A stretch of DNA of 64,000 nucleotides from Candidatus Magasanikiibacteriota bacterium (GTDB taxonomy: Bacteria > Patescibacteriota > Patescibacteriia > Magasanikbacterales > UBA922). This document shows positions 10,516 through 19,954 of the stretch, one piece after another. How positions within the stretch are numbered: the first letter of the stretch is position 1; each line of letters starts with the position of its first letter. The stretch is taken from the NCBI GenBank assembly GCA_016207245.1, contig JACQQA010000009.1, forward strand, positions 9,165 through 73,164. The letters run 5' to 3'. The translations under genes were made by a program, and so were the position numbers. The notes below the pieces were generated by a model. It was not told where the DNA came from, did not search any database, and saw only the letters and a list, made by a program, of their open reading frames with translations.

Positions 10516-11274
10516 TCAGCAACCTCCCACCATCCCCGGCGCGTCTTTGATTGAGCTCGGCAGCGGGGCGTCGCCGGACTGTCCGCTATATTTCGGAACT
10601 TCTAACTCCAATAAAAGCGCCGCCATATCCGGAGTATATTGTCCGTTTTGCAATTGTTCGGTCATTTTCTTGGTCATCTGTTTCGGAAAATATCTCCCTT
10701 TCCAGCGCGCCAATTCGCGCAAAATCTGGTCATCGGTGTATTCCGCGCCGTGATTTTGAATTAAATAGGCCGCCAACCCGCGCATCGCCTGGGAGTGGGC
10801 GCAGCCGCAGGCGGCTTCGCCGTTGGGAAAAACCAAAGATTTCGCTCCGCAGCAATACTCGCACGCGATTCTTGAACCGATATCCACGTATCTTTTTAAA
10901 TCCGCGCCTTGCAAAACAATTTTTTTATTGCCATAAGTCGGATCATAGGCTTTCATGGCCGTCATTGACGGCACGACCTGATCAAAACTTACATTAAGTT
11001 CCTGGCCATAAATACCCGGTACTCCGCTGGCAATTGCCAATTTCACCGCGTCTTCGCCCAGATTGCCGCTTAATTTAATCGCGCCGCCGCCCGCGCCGCT
11101 GAAAAACGATAAGGGAGACAAACGATCAAACAACCCCTTGCTGTTCAAACCGAGCTTATCTTTTGTTTCTCCCATTATCCAGCCGTTAGCAATCATGGAC
11201 ACCGCCACCACCCCAAGTAGCGCGAAGTTAACAACTTTTAATTTTGGATTAAAACCCGTTAAATCCTTTGGCAT
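10516..11274 (-). CDS. Cys-motif periplasmic protein with C-terminal MVGGC
   Basis: CEYCC and CGCAH motifs; ends DAPGMVGGC; first gene after the operator. Confidence 0.75.
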   Translation of the reverse strand: MPKDLTGFNPKLKVVNFALLGVVAVSMIANGWIMGETKDKLGLNSKGLFDRLSPLSFFSGAGGGAIKLSGNLGEDAVKLAIASGVPGIYGQELNVSFDQVVPSMTAMKAYDPTYGNKKIVLQGADLKRYVDIGSRIACEYCCGAKSLVFPNGEAACGCAHSQAMRGLAAYLIQNHGAEYTDDQILRELARWKGRYFPKQMTKKMTEQLQNGQYTPDMAALLLELEVPKYSGQSGDAPLPSSIKDAPGMVGGC

Positions 11275-11290
11275 AATTTAAAAATTTAAA

Positions 11291-11315
11291 AACCTACTAC
11301 ATAGTATAGTAGGTT
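11291..11315. promoter_or_regulatory. BlaI/CopY-type operator (TACTA-N7-TAGTA)
   Basis: Inverted repeat AACCTACTA-CATAGTA-TAGTAGGTT upstream of the operon. Confidence 0.7.
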
Positions 11316-11347
11316 CTTTTATTATAGTAAATAGTAGTTATCCACAC

Positions 11348-12394
11348 CTACTTCTCGCACGCCTGCGCGTGGTTTAGATAGCTGTCCTCGCAAACTTGCT
11401 TGCTATTGCTTTCCGCCGCGCATTTATTATCCGCCGCTGTCATTTCTTGCATCTGGCAAGAACCTAATTCTTGATGTGTCGCTAAAGCGGCCGAACTATC
11501 CTTGAATAAAACCATGATTGACAGCAAAATTACTGCCAAAATCGCCGCGGCCGCAAAAAACTGACGATTAAAAATCTTAAACACCGGGGCATAAGAGGCG
11601 TCTGACAAACGATTTACCCGCTCTTCAATCACTGAGTTGAAAAACGACAACGCCAAACCATTCCTCAATATTGTCTGTTCCTCTTGATTGATGATTTTAA
11701 ACAACGCGCCAGCCAAACTGATTTTTTCATTATCGCCGGCACCAACCTCTTCGTCCGCCGCCATTTCTGAATAAGTAATATACTGTTTGACCAAAGCTTT
11801 AAAACCCGGAACGAAAAAGAAAAAACCTTCTCCCAATTTAAGACAAAATAGTTTCAATGGATCGCGATTTAACAAATGACGACGCTCATGGCGTAATACC
11901 GCTCGCAGTTCCTCCTCGCTCAAAGCCAAAATCAAACCGTCGGAAACGCAAATTTTGGTCTGAAAAAATCCGTAACAAAATACTGTCGGCGACTGTTCCC
12001 GAATTTCAACCACCTTCCCGGCCAAACCCAGTTCATCGGCAATTTTACGCAAATTCGCGCGCAATGTCGGCCTCGCTCTTTTCAAATGCGCTCTGACGAA
12101 TCTGTGATTTAATTTTTTAAATTTTATTGTTTTGTAAATCAGGAGCCCCGCGCCCGCAAACAATCCCAGTCCCAAGACAACAAAAGTGGAGATAATAAAC
12201 GGATGCATGGAAAAAGACAAATGTTCGGTACAGCCGCAAGCAGATTTAATTTTATCCAAAAGCATTCCGCTGAAAAAAAACAGCCGCTGGTAAACAAAAA
12301 AACCAAAAATCAAAAGACCGACCAAAACCGCCGTTGCTAATATGACAATGTTCCTTAATACTTGCTGGGATTTTGTCGTAAAGTTGTTCGACAT
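11348..12394 (-). CDS. M56 (BlaR1-type) membrane metallopeptidase
   Basis: AVLRHERRH (HExxH), E..AD motif, TM helices; downstream of the BlaI-like gene. Confidence 0.85.
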   Translation of the reverse strand: MSNNFTTKSQQVLRNIVILATAVLVGLLIFGFFVYQRLFFFSGMLLDKIKSACGCTEHLSFSMHPFIISTFVVLGLGLFAGAGLLIYKTIKFKKLNHRFVRAHLKRARPTLRANLRKIADELGLAGKVVEIREQSPTVFCYGFFQTKICVSDGLILALSEEELRAVLRHERRHLLNRDPLKLFCLKLGEGFFFFVPGFKALVKQYITYSEMAADEEVGAGDNEKISLAGALFKIINQEEQTILRNGLALSFFNSVIEERVNRLSDASYAPVFKIFNRQFFAAAAILAVILLSIMVLFKDSSAALATHQELGSCQMQEMTAADNKCAAESNSKQVCEDSYLNHAQACEK

Positions 12395-12444
12395 ACAGAT
12401 TTGAACGACTAGATTTCCTTTTCCAAGGGAATGACAAAAGAGAA

Positions 12445-12837
12445 TTATCTTACCAGCTCTTTTAATTTCTTCTTCCACTCTTTTGACTGTTTAGAATCGG
12501 AACTTTCCACGATGTCAACAAATTGCGCCACCGCCACGTCGCCATATTCGCGAATAAATGATTGCAGCGCCAGTTTGGATGCCGCGGCCAGAAACGATTC
12601 GCGACAACGAGTCGGCTGATAAACATAAGCGCCGCCCTCATCCATTTTTCGCTTCAAAATTCCTTTATCAAACAATCGCGACATCACTGTCATTATCGTG
12701 GTATAGGCGATTTGCTTCTTTTGTTTAATAACAGCCAAAACCTCCCGCACTGACGCGTTTTTTAATTTCCAAACGACTTCCATTACCTCTGCCTCCAGCT
12801 CGCCCATGGCATAATTAAGTTTTGACTGTGGTTTCAT
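12445..12837 (-). CDS. BlaI/MecI/CopY family repressor
   Basis: GELEAEVMEVVW...AYTTIMTVMSRLFDKG signature. Confidence 0.9.
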   Translation of the reverse strand: MKPQSKLNYAMGELEAEVMEVVWKLKNASVREVLAVIKQKKQIAYTTIMTVMSRLFDKGILKRKMDEGGAYVYQPTRCRESFLAAASKLALQSFIREYGDVAVAQFVDIVESSDSKQSKEWKKKLKELVR

Positions 12838-12844
12838 AATATGC

Positions 12845-12863
12845 ATACTACACAGAGTAGTAT
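12845..12863. promoter_or_regulatory. Second BlaI-type operator (autoregulation)
   Basis: ATACTAC-ACAGA-GTAGTAT, same TACTA-N7-TAGTA consensus as 11291. Confidence 0.7.
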
Positions 12864-12883
12864 AAAAAATTCCGCGATGCTTG

Positions 12884-13945
12884 TCAACCTTCGTCCGCCA
12901 CCGCGTCCGCGCCCGCCACTCCCGCCTCTTCGTCCGGCGCCTCGCCTTTTTCCGCCGCTTCCCAGATTTTTTCTCTGATTTCTTTCATCAGTTTTGGATT
13001 CTCGCGCAAATACTGCTTGGCTTTCTCGCGCCCCACGCCTAATTTTTCCTCGCCGAATGAGTAGCTGTTGCCGAGTTTAGTCACAATTTTATGGATAACG
13101 CCGGTATCCAGCAAATCCCCGCTGACAGAAATGCCCTCATTATACATGATATCAAACTCGGTCGTCCGAAATGGCGCCGCCACTTTATTTTTTACTACTT
13201 TTGCTTTCACGCGATTGCCAATAATTTTTTCGCCCTGTTTGATTTGCGCCGCGCGCCTAACCTCAATTCTTACTGAGCAATAAAATTTCAAAGCATTACC
13301 CCCGGGCGTAGTTTCCGGATTGCCGAAAAATACGCCGATCTTGTGGCGAATTTGGTTGATAAAAATCGTTACGGTTTTTGTCTTGCTCACAATGCCGGTG
13401 AGTTTGCGTAAAGCTTGGCTCATCAAACGCGCCTGCAAACCCATGTGCGAATCCCCCATTTCGCCTTCAATTTCCGCTTTCGGCACTAACGCGGCGACAG
13501 AATCAACCACCACCACGTCAACCGCATTGGAACGAACCAGGGTTTCAAGAATTTCCAGCGCCTGCTCGCCGGTGTCCGGCTGGGAAATTAATAGATTGTC
13601 AACATCAACCCCGATTTTGCGCGCGTAATCAGGATCCAGCGCGTGTTCCGCGTCAATGAAAGCCGCGATGCCGCCCAATTTCTGCACTTCCGCGATAATG
13701 TGCTGGGCCAAAGTGGTTTTGCCGCTGGCTTCCGGCCCAAAAATTTCAATTATCCTCCCGCGCGGCACTCCGCCAACACCCAAAGCCATATCCAATGACA
13801 CTGAGCCGGTTGATACTGCGTCAACTTCCATGGCTTTTGATTCGCCAAATCGCATAATCGCGTTATCGCCAAAACGTTCTTTTATCTGCGCGATTGCCGT
13901 TTCCGCCACCGCCAATTTTGCTTTTTCTTCGTCTTTTTTAGACAT
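12884..13945 (-). CDS. recA: Recombinase RecA
   Basis: [31 protein letters not shown]. Confidence 0.99.
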   Translation of the reverse strand: MSKKDEEKAKLAVAETAIAQIKERFGDNAIMRFGESKAMEVDAVSTGSVSLDMALGVGGVPRGRIIEIFGPEASGKTTLAQHIIAEVQKLGGIAAFIDAEHALDPDYARKIGVDVDNLLISQPDTGEQALEILETLVRSNAVDVVVVDSVAALVPKAEIEGEMGDSHMGLQARLMSQALRKLTGIVSKTKTVTIFINQIRHKIGVFFGNPETTPGGNALKFYCSVRIEVRRAAQIKQGEKIIGNRVKAKVVKNKVAAPFRTTEFDIMYNEGISVSGDLLDTGVIHKIVTKLGNSYSFGEEKLGVGREKAKQYLRENPKLMKEIREKIWEAAEKGEAPDEEAGVAGADAVADEG

Positions 13946-14008
13946 AATAAAGAGTTAAAAAGGAGGGGTTTAATTCCCCTACCCAGTCATAGAATAATAT
14001 TTTTTGTT

Positions 14009-14692
14009 TTAACTGTCAACCTCCTTATACACCACATATCTCGTCTCGCTCGTCGTCTTGCCATGCTTCTTCTTCGCCAGAATAATAATGGTGTTAACGC
14101 CGGATGATAAATTGATTTCTTCCTTAAACATGCCTTTCTCATTGGTCATTATTTTTTGGCCATTGATCAGCACTTCAACCTCCGGATTTGTTTCGCCCTG
14201 TATAACCACCGCTGGTTTGTCCACCACCAAGCCGTCGGGCGGATAATAAATCAACAGCCGCGGCACTTCCACGATTCTTTTAACTTGCAATCCCAAATAA
14301 AAAACTATTGCCAGTAATAAAATCGCAATGAAGCCATAACGCGCTATCGTCGGCACCCACTGCCAATACTGGCCGGTGAATTTTTTAAAAGAGTAGCGCG
14401 GTTTGTTTTCTCCGGTTTTTTCTTCAACCAAATATTGTTCCAAAAACGGAATCGGATCAATCCCCAGCGCTTCCACATAGCGCCGCAAATAATTTTTTTG
14501 ATAAATTTCCGCCGCCGGCAAATCGCAGAACCTGCATTCTTCCAACGCCAGCAAATATTTTTTTATTATTTTAGTCTTAATCACCAAATCATCCAAACTT
14601 ACTTTCTTTTTCTCCCTTTCTTCCTTAAGACGCAAACACACCCGACGAGGCGTTTCTAGATTTTTCTGCTGAAAAACACTCTTTGATAACAT
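14009..14692 (-). CDS. RodZ-like HTH membrane protein
   Basis: N-terminal HTH (YLLALEE...YLRRY), TM helix, Ig-like C-terminus; located between ftsK and recA. Confidence 0.75.
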   Translation of the reverse strand: MLSKSVFQQKNLETPRRVCLRLKEEREKKKVSLDDLVIKTKIIKKYLLALEECRFCDLPAAEIYQKNYLRRYVEALGIDPIPFLEQYLVEEKTGENKPRYSFKKFTGQYWQWVPTIARYGFIAILLLAIVFYLGLQVKRIVEVPRLLIYYPPDGLVVDKPAVVIQGETNPEVEVLINGQKIMTNEKGMFKEEINLSSGVNTIIILAKKKHGKTTSETRYVVYKEVDS

Positions 14693-14805
14693 AAAAATCG
14701 TTAGGTCAAACGCAAAATAAAAATGAAAAAAATATGAAACAAATACGACTTCGCAATATCTGTTTCATATTTGTCTCGTATCTGTTTTATATTCTTCTGA
14801 TATTT

Positions 14806-17226
14806 TTATCTATCCTCAGCCCTGTCTTCCTCTGCTCCCTCAACCTCTTCTTCAATGGCTCCAACGTCTTCCTCATCTTCTTCACTATTTTCATCGTCTT
14901 CATCACTATCTCCGTTATCTCCACTATCTCCATTTTCCTCGCCGCTCTCTCCATCATCAAACACATTAAACTCGCCGCCGGAATCAGTGCCGGAAACTTC
15001 TACCTCGGTCGTTAAAATTTCGCGCGGTTTCGCGCCATCAGCCGGGCCGATAATTCCCGCCGCCTCCATCTCATCCAAAATTCGCGCCGCGCGGGCGTAG
15101 CCGACTTTCAAACGGCGCTGTAATAATGACGCGCTGGCTTTGCCGGCTTGTAAAACCGCTGTTTTCGCTTCATCAAACATCGCGTCATGGTCATCGCTCG
15201 GCCCGCCGAACATATTCGCGGTTCCGCCGACAGCTTTCCCCACGATTGCTTCATCATATTCCGGCTCTTCATCGCCTTTCAAATAATTACCCACATTATT
15301 AACTTCCCCTTCGGAAATATAGGCGCCCTGAATCCGTTTTGGTTTGCTTAATTCCGCGGTTAAAAACAGCATATCGCCGCGGCCAAGCAGTTTTTCCGCG
15401 CCGGGACAGTCAAGAATCGTGCGCGAATCAATCAGCGACGCCACGGAAAACGCGATGCGAGCCGGAATGTTCGCCTTCATCAAGCCGGTGATAATATCAA
15501 CGCTCGGCCTCTGTGTGGCGACGATTAAATGAATGCCGACCGCGCGCGCCATCTGCGCCAGACGGATAATGCCGGCTTCAACTTCGCTCGCCGCGGATGC
15601 CATTAAATCCGCCAGTTCGTCAATGATAAACACAATGTGGGGTAATTTGGTTTCCGGATGTTTTTCATTATATGAATGAATATCGCGCGAACCGGCTTGC
15701 GCTAAAATTTCAAACCGCCGATCCATTTCGCCGGTTGTCCACTTCAGCGCGTTCACGGTTTTCTGCACATTGGTAATCACCGGCGCCAACAAGTGCGGGA
15801 TGCCATTATATAAAGTAAGCTCAACTCGTTTCGGGTCAACCATAATAAACCGCAAAGTTTCCGCGGTGTTCTGATACAACAAACTCATGATAATTGTGTT
15901 GATGCACACGGTTTTTCCCGAACCGGTCGCGCCGGCAACCAATAAATGCGGCATTTTCGGCAAATCCGCGAACCACACTTTGCCCGCGACATCTTTCCCC
16001 AACGCGATCATCAGATTGTGTTCGCGCTCGGCAAATTCCCGGCTTTCCAAAAGCTCTTTCAATGTTACCAGCGCGGCTTTGAAATTTGGCACTTCAATTC
16101 CGACCAAGGATTTCCCCGGAATCGGAGCTTCAATACGAATCGGATGCGCGGCCAAAGCCAAAGCCAAATCATTTGAAAGCGAGGTAATGCGGGAGAGTTT
16201 GACACCCTTCGCCGGTTTCAAAGAATATTGGGTAACCGCCGGACCAACTCTGATTTCCCCCATTTCCACTTCGATGCCAAACTCAGACAACATGCTCTGG
16301 ATCGCCTGTGCGTTCGCCTCAATGTCTCCGCTCGTCGGCTTGTCCCGTTTCGTGGTTAACAAAGAAAGCGGCGGCAAATTTTTTATAATCACTCTCTTTG
16401 TCCACGGCGAAGAATTTTTTTCTTTACCCTGAGCTTGCCGAAGGGCTTCCTCCTCTTCTGTTTCCGCGCCTTCTTCCTCGCCGTTGTTGTTCCCAGCCAT
16501 GGCTTTTTTAACAAACGCCCGCTGTTTATTCACATCCACTTCATCATCTTCATCACCTTCCCCGCCATAGACGGGTCCGCCTTGGGCGGAAACATTATCA
16601 TCATCTTCGCTTTCATATCCTTCAAACTCGCCGTTAACTTTAACGCCACCACTCCCGGTCTTAACGAATAATTTAAACAAATTAATTACTGTCTGTCCGG
16701 CCAAGCCCAAGCCCGCGAATAATTTTTTATTCAACAAAACAAAATGGGCAAGCGCAGTGTTGAAAATTAAAAATACGGATACGGCCGCCATTCCGACCAG
16801 AACCACCACGCTCGCGATTGAACCCAAATATGTTTTCATCGGCCAAGCCAGCATTCCGAACACGCCGCCACCGCTTCCTTCTAGCGCCATACTCCACATT
16901 TCCGTTGGATTAAAACCGATATGGAACAAGCTGGAGAGCGAAAGAAAAAATAAAATCGCGCCAATGCCATGCGTCTTGCGATAGTTGTATTCAATGTCTT
17001 TAAAATAAAACCAGGCGAGGATTAAAATAATCGCCGGCGCCGCATAACGCATTGAACCAAACAAAAAACTCAAAATATACTCGTCCAGCATAATGCCGAC
17101 CGCGCCCGCTTTTCCCAAAAAACTCAAAACAAAAAGAATGGCGGCAATCACCAAAACAATGCCGATAATCCCGCGGGATAATTCCGGGTCAAAGCGTTGG
17201 GAATGGTGATGGTATGGGCGGGGCAT
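14806..17226 (-). CDS. ftsK: DNA translocase FtsK
   Basis: N-terminal TM domain, AGATGSGKT, IDELADLM, ATQRPS and a gamma domain. Confidence 0.97.
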   Translation of the reverse strand: MPRPYHHHSQRFDPELSRGIIGIVLVIAAILFVLSFLGKAGAVGIMLDEYILSFLFGSMRYAAPAIILILAWFYFKDIEYNYRKTHGIGAILFFLSLSSLFHIGFNPTEMWSMALEGSGGGVFGMLAWPMKTYLGSIASVVVLVGMAAVSVFLIFNTALAHFVLLNKKLFAGLGLAGQTVINLFKLFVKTGSGGVKVNGEFEGYESEDDDNVSAQGGPVYGGEGDEDDEVDVNKQRAFVKKAMAGNNNGEEEGAETEEEEALRQAQGKEKNSSPWTKRVIIKNLPPLSLLTTKRDKPTSGDIEANAQAIQSMLSEFGIEVEMGEIRVGPAVTQYSLKPAKGVKLSRITSLSNDLALALAAHPIRIEAPIPGKSLVGIEVPNFKAALVTLKELLESREFAEREHNLMIALGKDVAGKVWFADLPKMPHLLVAGATGSGKTVCINTIIMSLLYQNTAETLRFIMVDPKRVELTLYNGIPHLLAPVITNVQKTVNALKWTTGEMDRRFEILAQAGSRDIHSYNEKHPETKLPHIVFIIDELADLMASAASEVEAGIIRLAQMARAVGIHLIVATQRPSVDIITGLMKANIPARIAFSVASLIDSRTILDCPGAEKLLGRGDMLFLTAELSKPKRIQGAYISEGEVNNVGNYLKGDEEPEYDEAIVGKAVGGTANMFGGPSDDHDAMFDEAKTAVLQAGKASASLLQRRLKVGYARAARILDEMEAAGIIGPADGAKPREILTTEVEVSGTDSGGEFNVFDDGESGEENGDSGDNGDSDEDDENSEEDEEDVGAIEEEVEGAEEDRAEDR

Positions 17227-17356
17227 AAAAAACAACAATTTAGCAATTTAATAATTTAACAATTCAACACCCCAATATTTTATCACAATTCCATAAAAAG
17301 CCAAAGTCTTGACAATTAAAGAAAAAAGTGATTTAATTCGCCGCAAGGAGGTGCCC

Positions 17357-17581
17357 ATGAGTTTCAAATTGACAGCAGAAATGAGACGAAGCGCTATGCC
17401 GCTCAACATTACCATAACTGAGGATGGCAAGTTTCGAGCATGGACAAGTTGCGAGGGTACAAGAAAGGCGGGAATCATGTTTCTTGAGGACTTCGCCCAG
17501 AGGCTCGTTCTGACAGATGACCAGTTGGTCGCTCTCGTTGGCGAGCTCTGCCAACAACTGCCGGATCTCCCGCCCCGCTGA
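17357..17581 (+). CDS. Orphan small protein
   Basis: TTGACA promoter at 17309, SD AAGGAGG, downstream long hairpin at 17627-17700. Confidence 0.55.
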   Translation: MSFKLTAEMRRSAMPLNITITEDGKFRAWTSCEGTRKAGIMFLEDFAQRLVLTDDQLVALVGELCQQLPDLPPR

Positions 17582-17706
17582 ATGCCACACCGCTCACCCG
17601 CCGAATCGGTGACGCAGGGAAACCCAAAACCCGCTCGCGCCACCATCTATCTTTCTAACTGAATTAGAAAAATAGATGGGAGGAATCCGCGAGCGGGTTT
17701 TGTTTT

Positions 17707-18429
17707 TTACACTCTCTCCCACAAATTTTCAAACATCGCCATCTCCATATCAGCTAATTCTTTGCTTTCAATAACAACGGCAACAAAATCGCCGGTAAAA
17801 GAAAACATGGCGATTTTATTTTTCCATATATATTTTAATCCGTGAAAAGGATAATCGTCTTTGACTAACTTCATCTGCCGCAATTCTTTTGGAGCGAGAG
17901 CCTGTCTCTCCCTGGCCGCGGCTGAATCTCGGGCAATTACCCTGACTGGAATTTTCTTTTCCATTCTTTTCATCAAAAATTTCCGATGGCGCTCGCCTAA
18001 CTCACTCAAATAATCGCCGGCAGAGGCAAAACACGTTATGGCTTCCGCTTCGCTCACGATTTCATTCAAAATCAACCCCATCTCTTCCTTGCCTTGATAA
18101 AAACGGACGGTCGGACGCTTTCTGGCGCGTCCGGCAATCGCGTTCAGTTCCGGCAATGCGTCTTTTAGAGTCGCCGCGCGGCTTTCGGCCAAACGAATAA
18201 TCTGACCCGGGTCTTCGGCGCTAAAATAATGGATCTGTTTTTTATTATAAGTGCTAACAAACCCTTCATCAACCAAGTGTTCTAAAACTTCATAAACTGT
18301 GGAGCGCGACAATCTTGCTTTTTGCGCTATTTTGACTACCGGCCCTGAGCCAAGCTCTAAGCAGGCTAAATATACTTTGGCTTGTTTTTCCGATAAACCA
18401 TAAGTTTGGAGAATCTTGGGTAGGTTCAT
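17707..18429 (-). CDS. TrmB-family transcriptional regulator
   Basis: YGLSEKQAKVYLACLELG wHTH; VRFYQG; PLD-like C-terminus. Confidence 0.9.
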   Translation of the reverse strand: MNLPKILQTYGLSEKQAKVYLACLELGSGPVVKIAQKARLSRSTVYEVLEHLVDEGFVSTYNKKQIHYFSAEDPGQIIRLAESRAATLKDALPELNAIAGRARKRPTVRFYQGKEEMGLILNEIVSEAEAITCFASAGDYLSELGERHRKFLMKRMEKKIPVRVIARDSAAARERQALAPKELRQMKLVKDDYPFHGLKYIWKNKIAMFSFTGDFVAVVIESKELADMEMAMFENLWERV

Positions 18430-18622
18430 ATTATTGTCGGCAAAAGCGACGATATTTTTATATCAATATTTTAGCATAGATAAGCTAATTTGTCAAGGGT
18501 GTGGATAACAAACTGTCGTTAATATTGGCAAACATAAAAAAATTTCTTATACTGCCCTGTTCCACTACCACGGTACAGTGCCGTGGAAAGTGGACGCTCG
18601 TTCAAAACAAAGGAGACAGACA

Positions 18623-19153
18623 ATGAAACACACGGTATTCGTCATCGTTCGCCACGCCGAGGTGGACAAGAAACACCCTCTGGGCGAAAGCGCCCCGCTC
18701 ACCGAGAATGGGGTGAAGCAGGCGAAGGAATTGGCCCGAAAGTGTAAGAACGCGGGAGTAGGCCTGGCCGTTCTCCCCACCGAAGACCTGCCGAGGTTCA
18801 GTCAGGCCGCGGCCGAGATGGAGGCGGTCGGGATCAGGGTGAAACGCGTGGACGGCATCAGCTTCAAGAACATGAAGGGCCAGATCCCAATCCGCGAAAT
18901 CGCCGCGAAGTACCGCGAAGCTGGGCTGACTCTCGTGTTCAAGCTGTTGAACCTCGGCACCGTGGCCAAGGGCGAGAAGGTCGTCATCATCGGATCCTAT
19001 CCGCTCATCGCCGGCCTGCGCTACGATCCGGCCACAGCCACGGACGAAGAGCTGGAAACCAAGCCGGACTTCTGCACCGGCATTGTGGTTGAAATCGCCA
19101 GCAACGGCATGGTGACAGTCACCTCACATGACTTCTGCCCTCTGGATGACTAG
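18623..19153 (+). CDS. Histidine-phosphatase-like (SixA-like, divergent) protein
   Basis: VIVRHAE...PLTENGVKQA; SD AGGAG; GC-rich codons. Confidence 0.6.
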   Translation: MKHTVFVIVRHAEVDKKHPLGESAPLTENGVKQAKELARKCKNAGVGLAVLPTEDLPRFSQAAAEMEAVGIRVKRVDGISFKNMKGQIPIREIAAKYREAGLTLVFKLLNLGTVAKGEKVVIIGSYPLIAGLRYDPATATDEELETKPDFCTGIVVEIASNGMVTVTSHDFCPLDD

Positions 19154-19284
19154 TCTCTCTGATCTCCTTTCTTTTTTGCGCGACCTCTCCTGATGCACAT
19201 CAGGACTGAGACCACCGCGCAATTCCCTTTTGCTTATCAATTTGGTAATCAGGATGGAGGAAATAACTTTTAAACTAAAAATTT

Positions 19285-19950
19285 ATGCTGTACAAAAATA
19301 TCAGTGTGGAAAAAATTTTTCATGCCGGAATAAAAATCAAAAATAATTCTACTGTCATTTATGTTGACCCGCTCAATCTGCCGACTGATTCTGAATCTGC
19401 TGATTTTGTTTTAATCACACATGAACATTTAGACCACCTCAGTCCAAACGATATCAAAAAAATTTCCGGTAAAAATACAGTCATAATTACAACCCCGCTC
19501 TGTGCGAAAAAAATATCTGGAATTGAAAATAAACAAATTTTACATACTAAACCTGGAAAAATTTTTGATTTTGGCAATCTAAAAATATCCGCTGTTCCAG
19601 CCTATAACACCAACAAATTCCGCTCCCCAGGCGTTCCTTTTCATCCAAAAGAACACGGCGGAGTTGGTTTTGTTTTGGGGATTGACGGTGTAAAAATTTA
19701 TCACGCGGGCGACACTGATGTTGTTCCTGAAATGAGTGATTTAAAAGATGTTGATGTCGCGCTTCTGCCTGTTTCCGGGATCTTTGTTATGACACCGGAA
19801 GAAGCGGCCGAAGCCGCTGGAACTATCAAGCCCGCTCTTGCCATACCCATCCACTATGGCGATTTTGAATTTAACGGCCAAATAGTCGGCGCTAAAGAAA
19901 ACGGCGCCAAATTCAAATCTCTCTGTAATTTTCCAACAAGTATTGTATAG
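19285..19950 (+). CDS. MBL-fold metallo-hydrolase
   Basis: THEHLDH, YHAGDT, IPIHYG. Confidence 0.9.
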   Translation: MLYKNISVEKIFHAGIKIKNNSTVIYVDPLNLPTDSESADFVLITHEHLDHLSPNDIKKISGKNTVIITTPLCAKKISGIENKQILHTKPGKIFDFGNLKISAVPAYNTNKFRSPGVPFHPKEHGGVGFVLGIDGVKIYHAGDTDVVPEMSDLKDVDVALLPVSGIFVMTPEEAAEAAGTIKPALAIPIHYGDFEFNGQIVGAKENGAKFKSLCNFPTSIV

Positions 19951-19954
19951 CTAT

